64,000 bases of DNA. It comes from the human T2T-CHM13v2.0 reference genome, Homo sapiens. Shown here piece by piece: positions 41,750 to 55,615 of the stretch. The notes under the pieces are model-generated. The model made no database searches. It saw only the letters and a program-made list of their open reading frames with translations, and was not told where the DNA came from. Numbering within the stretch: the first letter of the stretch is position 1; every line of letters starts with the position of its first letter. Location of the stretch: NCBI RefSeq assembly GCF_009914755.1, contig NC_060925.1; one strand, given 5' to 3'. The position numbers and the translations under genes were made by a program.

Positions 41750-42420
41750 ATCCTCGCCCCTGGCCTCAAAGCCCCCCCGCCGACTCACAGCCACCTTGCC
41801 TTGACTGGTGTTTTGTTCTCTCTCACGCCCCTCTCCATCCTCCCGGGACTTTCCCTGGCCCCAGCCCTGATTCCTTACCAGATTGGATGGGCAAGTCTTC
41901 CAGAATGGTATCCCCATTGCTGAGATCCAGGCACTCGGGAGGGTATCCGACGAGGATTCGCTGACCGCCGGGGGCGATCCCGGTGATGGCGGCAATTTGG
42001 CCCTGGAGTTCCCGCACCCGGGTCCGGCTGGACAGCCCCTGCAAAACATGGGTGCCGTCCTTGGCCTTGCAGCGGAGCCGCCACATCGTGTCGGTCCGGC
42101 TGCCCACAGGCCAGGCACCCGCGGGGCCAGCTTTGGTCCCGGCAGCCTGTTGGGAGACGCCGCCGGGGAAACCAGGCGCCGGGTGGACTCCAAAATGGCG
42201 ACCTTTAGCGGGGCCAAACATCGCGAGAAGTTGCGGGTGGTTGCAGTTATCGCGACGCTTCGGTGCGGCTTCTGCCTTAGTACCTTAGCAAGCGCGAACT
42301 CTTTTAAAGTGACAACTGATTTTTCCCCCACCCTCAGAACGAAGATGTAAACCTCCGTATTCCTAAAGGACAACGGGTCTTGCTACCTATAGAGCGAGTG
42401 AGGTGCCCTCCGCGTGGGTA
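41750..42420. promoter_or_regulatory. CpG-rich promoter/exon 1 region of the main YOD1 transcript
   Basis: High CpG/GC; YY1-like CAAAATGGCG at 42191; TCGCGA cores at about 42221 and 42250. Confidence 0.75.
41879..42221 (-). CDS. YOD1: YOD1 (OTUD2) exon 1: N-terminus and UBX-like/ubiquitin-like domain
   Basis: [13 protein letters not shown]...LPIQS; donor G|gtaagg at 41878; 343 nt. Confidence 0.97.
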
Positions 42421-43375
42421 GCATATATGCTCAAGAAAAGAGGGCGGGGGAAGGAGTTCCTGAATGAAGGTCTGGAGATTGGAATGTGACCTTGCACTTA
42501 GTGAGGTCGGAAATTATTAAATTGGGGCTTCCACACTACACCCAGACTACACCAGGAGAAACAGAATCATAGTTCACAACGCAAACGAATGCCAGGAATG
42601 GTCAGTGAGTCAAAGGACCAGTCAAAAACAATCACACTTGTGACTAGACTCGTGGCTGCATTAAACATTGACTCATTGGGGTTCCAGGGGCCAAAAGACT
42701 GGCCTTTCTGCCTCCCTGGGACTGTGCTTGAAAACGTCTATTTGCCACTTCAGAAAGCACAGTATGAGGTCAGCATCTGGGCCCAGGGCAGCTGCCTCAT
42801 TCAGGTGGTGGCAGTGTAAGGAGGAGTCGTGTAACGCGTGTCATCAGATTCCAGTTCAGTTCCTGGGCATACAAATATGAAGACTTCATTCCTGCCTTCA
42901 TTGTAACAAGTATTCATTGCAGTTGGGAGACAGGGTGGGGTGTGAGACACACAGCCACTGAATTTCAAAGCAACGTGATAATGCTAGATTATCTGTACCT
43001 TTTCAAACGTGTATGCCTAGAACCCAGGACTGTGCCTCGCAAATAAAAAGTGTTCAACAAATACTGGCTGAATGAATAAAGACAGAGTTGTATAGACATA
43101 GAGAGGGCAACTAGAGCACTCTGGGAGTTGTAAAAAGCCTTAAAGAGGAGATAACTGTTTGAACTTTTGGAAGAATTAGTTTAATTCCCAGGCGAAGGAG
43201 GAATAAAGACATCCCTGAATTTATATCTCTCTTTTCCAAGAAATCCATACTCATTGTTCTTTATCCAGCCGGGATTCAGACAGCAAGTCCCACTTGCCAA
43301 GAGTGGGTTTATCAAGCATCAAACGGGCCCGCTGGGGCAACTATGAAAAGTGTAGTTCACTTGGTGCAAACTCAC

Positions 43376-43426
43376 CTCCACTGTAAAAGACTTTGCTTCT
43401 GAATAAATTATATGTAATGTTTCCAT
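43376..43426 (-). CDS. YOD1: YOD1 alternative N-terminal coding segment (METLHIIYSEAKSFTVE), exon ~43514-43376
   Basis: ATG at 43426, donor GAG|gtgagt at 43375, acceptor ccctaacccag at 43515; joins in frame to internal acceptor ttttgcag|GGGCTG at 42038, giving 304 aa. Confidence 0.8.
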
Positions 43427-43570
43427 CTTTTCACATCTTTCATGACTCAATTTTTTTTTGCTGGTGCAATTTTCCTCCTTGGTTCTTCAAGACGACTGCA
43501 ACGGATGATACAGCCTGGGTTAGGGGGTAGGTAGGAGGGAAGGTAGGAGTGGTTAGAAGTCCACCGGGGT

Positions 43571-43880
43571 GGCCGGGCGCAGTGGCTCACACCTGTAATC
43601 CCAGCACTTTGGGAGGCCGAGGCGGGTGAATCACCCGAGGTCAGAAGTTCGAGACCAGCCTCATCAATATGGAGAAACCCCGTCTCTACTAAAAATACAA
43701 AATTAGCTGGGCGTGGTGGTCCATGCCTTTAATTCTAGATACTGGGAGGCAGGAGAATCGCTTGAACACGGGAGGCAAAAGTTGCGGTGCCAAGGTCGTG
43801 CCATTGCACTCCAGCCTGGGCAACAAGAGCAAAACTCCATCTCAAAAAACAAAAACCAAACCAAACCAAAACAAAAAAAA
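43571..43880 (+). mobile_element. AluS
   Basis: Alu dimer with A-rich tail. Confidence 0.92.
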
Positions 43881-44054
43881 CTCCAATGGGGTGTATGGGT
43901 GGGTCCAGGGAAGCTTCTGGTTCAACGATGAGAGTGGTTGATTTTCTTAGGTCACAGCGTCTGACCTGTGGAGCCGGGTATGTATACACCCTAAGGCATA
44001 ATTAGCTCAAGTGTTGTGGTAGTTTATTCTAGCAAAAACATCTTTAAAGCTTAC

Positions 44055-44170
44055 GTTCCCATTTATGGATCTAATGAGGTTCTGCTGGGATTCAGGAATG
44101 AGAGCGTTAATCTTTGCAGCATTTTCTCGTCACCCGGCACACCCGCTCTCAAGACGCCTACCGAATAGTC
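44055..44170 (-). other. YOD1: Probable upstream non-coding first exon of the alternative YOD1 transcript
   Basis: Donor AAC|gtaagc at 44054, at the edge of the CpG-rich promoter; 5' end approximate. Confidence 0.55.
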
Positions 44171-44700
44171 TACTCTCGCGAGAGTCAGAAAAAAGTCAAG
44201 CTTTTTATTAACACCGCCCCCAGCCCTATTAGTTACCAAGCAACAGTGCCACCAGGCTCCTCGGCGCTGGGAAACTCAGGAGCTTGTGATCTCTCTGGTT
44301 CCGACTTCCAGCCGCCTTCCCGAGCCAGTTAGGCGATTGCGACCCTGCCCCGCCCCCTGGGTCCTGCAGGCGCCCGATTGGTGGATGATTCTCTCCAGGT
44401 GAGGACCTACGCGCGAGGGGGCGGGGCCAGACGGGCTCACATGATTTGCCGGCGACTGTAGCGCCGGTCCCGGCCACAAGCTGTCGGCTCGGTTCGGTCG
44501 CGTTACAGGGCAGGCGCCGGGGCCAAGGCAGGGAGGGATCTTAGGAGAGATCGTAGGGTGAGCCACAGCTGCGCAGCCCCGGGTAGGGTCTAGCGGGGCG
44601 GGATGTGGGGGCTGCGTGCCCCCGGATGAAGTGCGGGGAGAGGTGCTGGTCCCCAGGCATGGCAGGCAGCGCGGACGTTCTGGGACCGGGAGCCACAGTC
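44120..44700. promoter_or_regulatory. CpG island, bidirectional YOD1(alt)/PFKFB2 promoter
   Basis: TCTCGCGAGA 44174-44183, RFX-like GTTACCAAGCAAC 44232-44244, GC boxes ~44348 and ~44418, inverted CCAAT ~44378, TCACATGA E-box ~44437. Confidence 0.8.
44461..44557 (+). other. PFKFB2: PFKFB2 non-coding exon 1
   Basis: Donor AGG|gtgagc at 44558 within CpG island; 5' end approximate. Confidence 0.75.
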
Positions 44701-44981
44701 TGTGTTTGGGTTGGAGGATTTGTGTGGTCAGTAAAGGAATCGTGTAAGGCTCTTGAAGGCGCAGGATCTTCCGTCCTCACCAGCCCCCTGTTGTCTGAAT
44801 TGGGGGCATGAGCTCAGGACTTTCCCACTCCAGTTTGAATCAGGGCTTACCCCTCTTCCTGAGGTGACCTTGGGGAAGTCATTTACCACCTCAGCGCTCC
44901 GGCGTTCTTTAGACTGAGTCCCGGGGGTAACTAGGGAGAGGGTGCGGAGCAGGGCTTGAGAATGCACTAGAGGAGAAATGA

Positions 44982-45392
<411 letters not shown>

Positions 45393-45899
45393 TCACTGTT
45401 TGCAAAACTGAGTCCTACCGTTAGATTGGAGTTAATTTCCTGGTAATGTACTTCGTCTATACATAACCCACCCCACCCCAACTGCTGCCACTACTCTGCC
45501 CAGATTCTTAAAACTAGAATCTGAGGTCATGAAACCTTGAGCAGGACACTTAATTCGATGAATCTCAAATTTTCAATCTGTAAAATGAGAAGAAATAATG
45601 GTGGCAAAATCTGCCTAATTACAAGATTATTGTTAGGACTGAAGAAGATAACGTCTGTAAATGTAGACTCGTAAGTCAGAAGATAAATGTAAGGTTCTAG
45701 TGCAACTCTTTTTATAGGTGAGGAAACAGAGGGCTAGAGAAGTAGCTGCTAACTGGGAGAAACAGGACTGAACCTGCCTCTTGGCCCAGGGTGTTTTTAC
45801 TTATACCACACGGATCCAATGCACTGACTTTTTTTAAGTTATGTCTTCTTTCTTCCCCTTCCCTTTTTTACATTCTACTTCTCTGTTTCAGACATCTGA

Positions 45900-46049
<150 letters not shown>

Positions 46050-47154
46050 TAGTTATAATCCTGGACTCTGCTGCTTGGTGGGAGTGATAAATAATTATTT
46101 GACATGGAAATTTAATGCAAAGTCTCCAGGGTAGAATGTCCTGTCTAAAACAAGTAGACTTAGTGAAATGTCTGTTCTTGGGGCTTGACTACTGGTGTAG
46201 TCCAGCAGTTTCTTACTGCTTTCTTAAACTGAATCTCTGTCTCCTGGGATGTTTGCACACTGGCTTGCTGATGGAAGTTAGAACTAACATTATTGTACAC
46301 ACAATGAGTAAGGCACAGTTGCAGGTGCAGGAATTACTTGGAGCTGGTAATGTTACCAGCTTTATCTGTTGGGCTAAGTTTTGGGAGAGTGCTGCTCATT
46401 GTAGAAATTGCAGATGGGAGCCAGTGCTGCTTGGTTTCCTTCCTACAGGCCTGAGGGGAATGAGCCCTGACACTTGGCTTCTCACAGTGTCTTGGGCATC
46501 TTACTTTCTCACAGGTTTAGCCTTTGTACTTTGTAAACTATTTTCCCTATAGGTTCATTTTTTTGAGGACAGCTTTCACATGAGCATTTTCATTTCTATG
46601 CCTGTCTTTTAGATAGAAACAGCAGGAGGGTTTGCGAGGAGATGAAGCATCATTTCCTGTCCCCAAGCATCTGTATTTCTAAGCATCATAGGCTGCATAG
46701 CTTCCCAAAAGATCTGGGACTCTGTTCCCCACATATTTTGGGGAACTTCAAGGAATGCTAACTCTTGCCTCTGCTTCTGGATGGCACCATTCCTGCAGAA
46801 TCCTGTCAGTCAGTTCTTCTCACTTCAGTGGTTATATATATATATATATATATAGCCAGTTAGTCAAGGAATATATATATCTCAGCAGGTGGAAACAGCC
46901 GACCAGCATGAGACCAGGAATTATCTCATGTTCAAAGCTTTTCCCAGAGCCTCGACCTTGATGTCATGCCCTTGTCAGTTTCATGATTGACAATGATAAT
47001 CTCTCTTCACCTAGCACCCATGGAGCCTGCTGGACAGAAGCAGCTGGCTGGATGTGATACTGGGGTTGGCAGAGTTAGGGTCTACAATTAGGGTCTCTTT
47101 TCTCTGCCAGGGCAAGAAGCCAGGTGCTAAGGGCAGAATACCCCATGAGAGATA

Positions 47155-47395
47155 ACTAGTATAGCATGATGTTTGAGTATAGCCTCTGGAGTCAGACTGC
47201 CTGAGTTTGAATCCCGGGTTTATGACTTCTTAGCTCTTGAACAAGTTGCTTGTTCTCTCCATGCCTCAGTTTACTCCTTTTAAAAGTGGGAATACTAACA
47301 GTGTCTCCCCCAAGAGTGATGTGAGGATTAAATGACTAAATGTAGGAAGGCGCTTAGAAGAGTGTTGGGCATATATCTAATGTGTGTTATTTTTC
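47155..47395 (+). mobile_element. MIR
   Basis: ctctggagtcagactgcctgagtttgaatcc..tgcctcagtttact..gtgaggattaaatga. Confidence 0.75.
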
Positions 47396-48356
47396 ACAGG
47401 TGACTCAATCTGCCTGTTGTATTTATTCCTGAAATGTTTATATTGAATCATACTCAAATGCTGTATTGGAAGCTCACTATTTAAAAGAGGGCTGTGAATA
47501 ATTATTTTTTCAGTAAAAAATGTTTTCTTCTCTTATTTGACAATATTGTAACCCAGATTTGGGGATCTAGGATGCACCTCTTACAGGGAGGTACACTAAT
47601 GTTACTAGGGTGCTTGATCCAAAAGAGAGCTGGGGCTGGGGGGCAGGATCGATAATTGTGGGAGTCTCTGACTACACGATGCCATGTGTCAGTCCTTCTA
47701 GCTTTGCTTTTTTCTCCATGGTAGGAATCTCTTCTACCTGCTTTCCTAACTCTTCTGTAGTTCCTTTGCCTTGAGGGCTTTCAAGTCAGGGAAGCAGTAA
47801 TCCCTGGTTTCTTTCCTGTCTTCTAGACTCTAATTCCTGCTCTGGGCTCTAATCTCTTTTTTTCCATACTCTAGTTTCTCTAAATGCCTTTTTCTTCTCT
47901 AAGAAGAAGAAGGTGTCCTAAAGCCACTGTGATTTATTTACCCTATTCTCTCCTCACGTCACAGTCGGGCTGTGAGACTGTTGCAGACATAGTCAAAGGA
48001 GAAAATAAAGTTATGAGTATATGTGTTAACTTACTTCCTTTTCCTCTGCTATAGAGCTGTACTTTGGAGCTGGTTCACCTGGCAGCTTAGTGTTCACATC
48101 AGCGGCTGCTTTATTAATAGCTTAACCGTTGTTCCCTTGCTGCTCATTACACCTGTGTTGGCTAACTTTGACTCCGGGAAGTGACTGGGCTTGAGGATTT
48201 CAGGGCTGAAGAATGACTTTAGGGAGCCAAAACCTCCGAAGGAGCATTACTGGGACTTCAACTGCTCCAGGGATGGGGCGAAGAGGGGCTACTGGCCGAG
48301 GTGCCTTTACGGTGCTCAGAGGACTGGTTTCAGGGCTTATGAAAGCAGAAATGGAG

Positions 48357-48701
<345 letters not shown>

Positions 48702-48769
48702 CTACATGCTTTTTTTTTTTCTTTTTAATTTTTTTTTTTGAGTAGTTCTGGAACAGACAAATTCTTCCA

Positions 48770-49240
48770 TGTACCTTTCCCTAAATACAAAAGCAATGTA
48801 TGTTCATAAAAAATTCAAACTACAGAAAGGATTTAGAAAGCGAAAAGTAAAAGACTCCTGTTTCTTCCAAATTTGATTCTTTTAGACATCTTATTCTGGT
48901 ATATCCTATTAATAAAGGTAGGTTCATATTGTTCATATTCTGTTCAGCTGCCATTTCCTTTTTTATTTTTTTAAATAAGTTACTGTCTTGTGGACATCCT
49001 TTTAATGTTGATAAATGCAGATTTACCTCATTCTGCATTGTATGGATATGCCAGCTTTCCACGGATAGGTATTTAAATTGTTTCCAGTTTTTCATCATCA
49101 CAAAGAGTGCTGCAGTGACCATTCTTACACGTACACCTTTGCACATTTGTGACAGCAACTTTTCCTACAGAAATAATAGAAAAGATAGACACATTGGAAA
49201 TGTTCATCAGTATTACTAATTTGCTCTCCTAAGAAGTTCT
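48770..49240 (-). mobile_element. Old L1M 3' fragment
   Basis: ORF MVTAALFVMMKNWKQFKYLS resembles L1 ORF2 C-terminus (MFIAALFTIAKxWKQPKCPS). Confidence 0.65.
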
Positions 49241-49784
49241 ATATTGTAAGCTGTTTTCAATATTTTAAGATATTTGATGGAAATTGGGCAGCATCAACTA
49301 TAGCCATAGTGGTTAACTGAAACATCAGCTTTCTTAGTGTTTGACCGTAGTTATACGAACTTGGTTATTTCATGCCTGTCAACTGGCAGGAGATAATCAG
49401 CAGTTCTGACTTCTGATGAATAAAGATAAAATGTCACTAATGAAACATGCTTTATGGGCAGCATATTTCTAAATATTAGGCCTCTTTAGAGCCAATAAAA
49501 GAAGACGTCCTGGGTCCTGAAAAGGCTGGGAACCATTGCTCTCCTAGACCATCCTTCAGGATTAGAATGGAGAGCAAGTTGTGTTTACCGTGAGGGAACC
49601 TTTGTCAAGTGCTGACATGAGGCACAGGAGCTGGCAGCTGGGACTGAATGGGCAGTCATGAGATCAGGAGACTGGTCAGAACCCTGACCTTGACTGTCTA
49701 TTGTGGGACCATGGGCAAAGCTCTTAATTTCTCCAGGCTTGAGTTTTTCCATTTACACGAGGGAAGTTATCAAGTCCTCATTTT

Positions 49785-49983
49785 TTTTGTAAATCTTTTT
49801 TTTAAAATACATTTATTTATTTATTTTGAGACCGGGTTATGAGACTGGCTAATTTTTATATTTTTAGTAGAGATAGTGTTTCACCATGTTGCCAAGGCTG
49901 GTCTCAAACTCCTGGGTTCAGGCGATCCACCCAACTTGGCCTCCCAAAGTGAGGATTACAGGCATAAGCCACTGCGCCCAGCC
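49785..49983 (-). mobile_element. Short internally deleted Alu (left arm plus novel 3' end)
   Basis: Left arm, then TTAGCCAGTCTCATAACCCGGTCTCAAAATAAAT tail; TSD tcaagtc(c/t)tcatttt at 49770 and 49984. Confidence 0.85.
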
Positions 49984-51985
49984 TCAAGTCTTCATTTTAT
50001 CTAAGCAAGTTTATGAAAGGAAAATGAGTTTAAGTTTAAGAAAAGGAGTTGAACCTGGCTTAAAGAAGGTGGAAGAGAATTTCAGGATTGAAACAGTTTT
50101 CCATTGTCTATCAAGAGATGGGTTACATTGTCTCTGAAATTAATCAGGTGGCAGTGGCAGGTGGTTTTGTTTTTTAACAGGCAGGACAGAATGTTCCTAC
50201 TTTTGCCAGTGTGGTAATTTGAGATAGGAAGTGTGGTTTAGTTTTGTACTCCAGAAAATGAGAAGCCCTGGTTGTAGCAGGTGTGCTTAAGTGTATTCTG
50301 GACAGAGGCGAGAGGTGCGTTGCTGGAGGGCTCTTGGGAGGTCCCAGTGGATGCAGTTTTTTGTTGTTGTTGTTCTTAGCATTCTCTGTCCACATGGGTA
50401 AACAAGAGCAGCTGGTTCCCTGGTTGCCTTCAGAGCAGCTCCCAAGTATCAGTTCATTTTAAACTTTAGGGAGGGTAATAGGACCTTCGGGGGAAGTGCC
50501 TAATGGGCTGGAAGGTGCGGACAAAGCAGGCCTAGAAGTGCAGGTAATGAGCCAAATCATGGGGGATTGAGAGCAGGCATTGAGCCGAGCTGGAGAAAGT
50601 GAAGACTCAGGGGATTTTACTACTTAAACCTGAGACAGCTGATCCCATGCAGAGGCTATCTGCTTGTTAGGGGCCAGTGATCAGGGATTAATGCCAGCTG
50701 AGGCTTCAGGGTACAGTTTGCTTGCCTTTAAGCTCCCTATTTGAACACAGATGAAAATCACTTATGTTGCTCCTTTACCTACCTTGGAGGGGCTCCTGCT
50801 GAGACTCAGGAATTTTCCATGTGTGCAGTGGGTAAAGGACTAAAAGCCAAGCCCTCTGACCCCAGGTCTGGGCCTCCATTTCTCCCTCCTCACCACTAGG
50901 GTCACTCTGAGTACTTCTTGCCAAACACCCTTAGGAAACTTTTCCTTCCGAGGGTGGTTCTCTACCTGGGCCCCTCCTCCCACTTCTCCATTGAGATCTT
51001 TCTACATTTATTTCTCAAAAAATGAAAGTCATATTTCCCATCCAAGTACCTCCATTTTACAGAACTGTTTCTTAATCTTACAAGGTCCCTTAGTACCAGG
51101 CAGAGGGGCAGCCGCAACTTGCAGGGCACCTTCTGGGAAGCAGTGGTGGGAAGTGGGAGGTGAAGGTGTTTCTTCCTTTTTCCCCCATCCTGTGCAGGGC
51201 CTTCCCTCATTGGAGCCGGCAGAGCCTGAGCTATCCCAGATGACCTCAGTGTGGTTTTTGGCCCCGGGACAGTGGCTGGCAGCAGTTCAGGTCCTTCTCC
51301 CACCTCTCCTCTGCAGCAAGATGGGCCGGGAGGAGCCAGCCCCTGTGAGCAAAGTGATGAGGAACCTCTTTTTATGGAGAAAAGCTGCAAGGAAGCACAA
51401 GATCTGTGTTCTAGTGCCAGCTGTACCCTTGACTCATTATGTGTCCCTAGACAAGTCACCTGTCCCCTGAACATGTAGTTTGCCCTGCCTGTCCAGTGAG
51501 ACTTATCTCTGCAAATGAGCATTCCTGAAGTAAGTTAATTTACTAAGGAAGGGTAGACTGAGGACTGTTAATGCTTCTCAATTGTCTTGCTTTTACGTGG
51601 GCCATGGTGGCAGATTGGCCCTGATGCCCTTTGTGGGCTGGCTCTACCCTGAAGCTTCCTGAGGTCTATTCAGAATGTGTATCAAGTAAGCTTTGCCAAC
51701 TCAATCTCACTATGGTTTAGAAATTCTGGCTTAAAGAGGAGCTCATGACCTGAGTGAAAAGGCCAAAACAGCTTGAGGCAGGGCTTTTTGCAGTGGGCAA
51801 GCTAATTCTTGCCCATGGTTCTGAAGGGATGAGTGGGATCCTGGAGACAGAAACTCTGTTGGACCTATTATAGGAGCCAGCTCAGTTCTGCACTGGTAGA
51901 ATCTCCAAGCATTAGACCTTCCTTCACAGCTCTGTCATTTTTATATTTCTAGGCATTCTTATGTTAAGGATGATGTCATTGTTAC

Positions 51986-52353
51986 TTTTCTTTCTTTCTT
52001 TCTTTTTTTGAGACGAAGTCTTGCTCTGTCGCCCAGGCTGGAGTGCAGTGACGGGATCATGGCTCACTGCAACCTTGAACTCCTGAGCTCAAGCAATCCT
52101 CCTGAGTAGCTGGGACTATAGGTGCACACTCCCACATCTGGCTAAGTTAAATATATATATCTATATATCTATATATCTATATATATCTATATCTTAAATA
52201 TTATATATTTAAGATATATATAAATATCTTAAATATATATATTTTATATATATCTTTATATATATCTTTATATATCTTTATATATATCTTTATATATATC
52301 TATATATCTTTATATATATCTTTATATATATCTTTATATATATTTATATATAT

Positions 52354-52396
<43 letters not shown>

Positions 52397-52515
52397 AAGA
52401 GACAAGGGTCTCTCTATGTTGCCCAGGCTTATCTTGAACTCCTGGCCTCAAGTGATCCTCCCACCTCATTCTCCCAAATTGATGGGATTACAGGCATGAG
52501 CTGTCATGTCTGGCT
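51986..52515 (-). mobile_element. AluJ split by a ~240-bp (TA)n-rich expansion at 52150-52392
   Basis: Both arms flank the TA/TATC low-complexity tract. Confidence 0.9.
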
Positions 52516-52797
52516 GCAGCATGGTTATTTTCTTTCTTAGCCTTGCTACTTTTTTCCTCTTTCCACCTTGGGTACTGCAGTGAAGACCTCAGACATGTGG
52601 GAAAGACGTATCTTGGTTTGGGCATTTTCTGGAAGCCTGCATAACCTTTTAACTCTATTTCAGGAGGCCTGCCTGATATCTCCTTATTTGTCTTCCCAGA
52701 CTTGCTGAACCTTTGCTCCACAGGTTTATGAAGATAAAATGAGATTATGACTATGAAGTTCGTAGCTCAGTGTATAAACCTTACTAGACCCCAGCGG

Positions 52798-53304
<507 letters not shown>

Positions 53305-53788
53305 TAGTTCCTGGGCCTCACAGGTCTCTGGGAGACTTATTCTTCCTGGCATCAATGCTATAGGGTGCTTTTGGCAGAAATAGCAGTTGCTTTCTGGTTT
53401 ACTGGAGTTATTCTCTATTCCCAGACTTGTCTCCTCCTGGCGTGGGTGGATTGGCCTAGTTTTGAGGGAATGCCTTTGATAGGACTGTTAAGATTTAGAT
53501 GAGCATAGGGCTGTACCTTTTCAGAAGCCTTACATGGACATCATCTTATATAACCCTAGCAGTGTCTCTGTGAAATAGACAGAGTGGCTGAGGAAATTGA
53601 AACCTCAGACAGCTTAAGACTTGTCCAAGGTCTAGAAAGTCAGGGCTTGAACCCAACTCTTTTGACTCTTAATCTGATATTGTTCCCAACCTACCATGCT
53701 GCCGCTTTTTTCATCCCCTTGGTCACTCCGACATTAGGCCAAGAAACAAGTCCCATTTGGTGGGGCCATCATATTATTTTGCTGCTGA

Positions 53789-53908
<120 letters not shown>

Positions 53909-54208
53909 TGAGTCTTGTTTAAGGCCTGATCTCCAGGTCAGCTCTTTCTTGGCCGTCATGAGACTTGGTGTGACAGGGCTTGGTTTCATCTCAGTAAATA
54001 TCTTAAGGGGAAGTTAAATGGAAGTTATCTGATGGGCAAGTGACCTTGGGCTTGGGTGGTCAGAAGAACAGGGCTCAGGGTGATTGATACCTGTGTGCTT
54101 GTAGGAGAAGTCTAAAGAGGGCTAAGATCTGTGCATTGGGGCAGGGGCAGGAAGGGGTTATAGGATGGTGTGAAAACCCTCAGTGAGAAAGTTGAAAGAT
54201 CTAGTTAG

Positions 54209-54645
<437 letters not shown>

Positions 54646-54963
54646 TGAGTAGAGGTGGGGAGTCAGGCTACAGGCATGGATCTCTCACTCTAGTGGGTGA
54701 GGACAGGATGGGATATCTGAATCTCTTCTCTCAGAGCATTCCCCCAGTCCTTGAGTGTTTTCATTCAGGTCCTTTCTCAGACTGTTAGCCTGTATGTTTG
54801 AGGCCCAGGGGCTGTGGTAAGAGCTATGAGGAGGACTTGAGGGCCACTTTCATGAAGAAAATCCTGGGAGATGTGGTGGCTGGGTGGGGTAGATGAGCAT
54901 GTGCTCTTAATTAACAGCCTGGCATTTTTGACTTGCTTATCACTGCCTTCTCTCCATGGCCAG

Positions 54964-55020
54964 GTATTCTTTGTGGAATCCGTCTGTGATGATCCTGATG
55001 TCATTGCTGCCAATATTCTG
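54964..55020 (+). CDS. PFKFB2: PFKFB2 exon 7 (VFFVESVCDDPDVIAANIL)
   Basis: gccag| and weak donor |gttggt, 57 nt. Confidence 0.93.
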
Positions 55021-55065
55021 GTTGGTGACACCCCTACATATCATCTCCTCTTCACCTTTTGTGCT

Positions 55066-55108
55066 GTGTGTGTTGTGGGGTGTGTGTGTGTGTGTGTGTG
55101 TGTGTGTT
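55066..55108 (+). repeat. (TG)n microsatellite, PFKFB2 intron 7
   Basis: Direct reading. Confidence 0.9.
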
Positions 55109-55355
55109 GTTGGGGAGGGGTGTTTTCGTAATGAAAGAGAGAAATAGACATGTTTAACATCACAAAGAGATCTTTTCTATCTGCCAGAGCCCCATCTGGT
55201 ACTTCTACACTCTTCTCTTGGGAGAGGAAACTGAGGCTTTAAGGAATCAAGTAAGAATTAGCTGTTGAATTGAAACCAGGGTTTAGGTTGTAGGATTCTT
55301 GGCCCTGTGCTCTAGGTATTATCTGGATGTTGAGACCTAGATGTTGGAATAGATC

Positions 55356-55615
55356 AGCCGGGCACGGTGGCTCATGCTTGTAGGCTCAGCACTTTGGGAG
55401 GCCGAGGCAAGTGGATTGCTTGAACCCAGAAGGATCACCTTAGCCTGGGAGGTTGAGGCCACAGTGAGCCGTGATTGTGCCACTGCAGTCCAGTCTTGGT
55501 GACAGAGTGAGAACATGTCCAGGGAGGTTGAGGCTGCAGTGAGCCATGATTGTGCCACTGCAGTCCAGTCTTGGTAACAGAGTGAGAACATGTCTCAAAA
55601 AAGAAAAAAAAAAAA
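55356..55615 (+). mobile_element. Rearranged AluJ (internal deletion plus 75-bp tandem duplication)
   Basis: TSD gaatagatcag at 55347 and 55616. Confidence 0.88.

Noticed and set aside
41726-42373. 215-aa and 155-aa overlapping ORFs at YOD1 exon 1
   Set aside because: Expected in a stop-poor CpG island; no homology recognised
50962-51522. 186-aa and 159-aa ORFs in PFKFB2 intron 2
   Set aside because: No recognisable domain, non-ATG starts, overlap a MIR-like fragment
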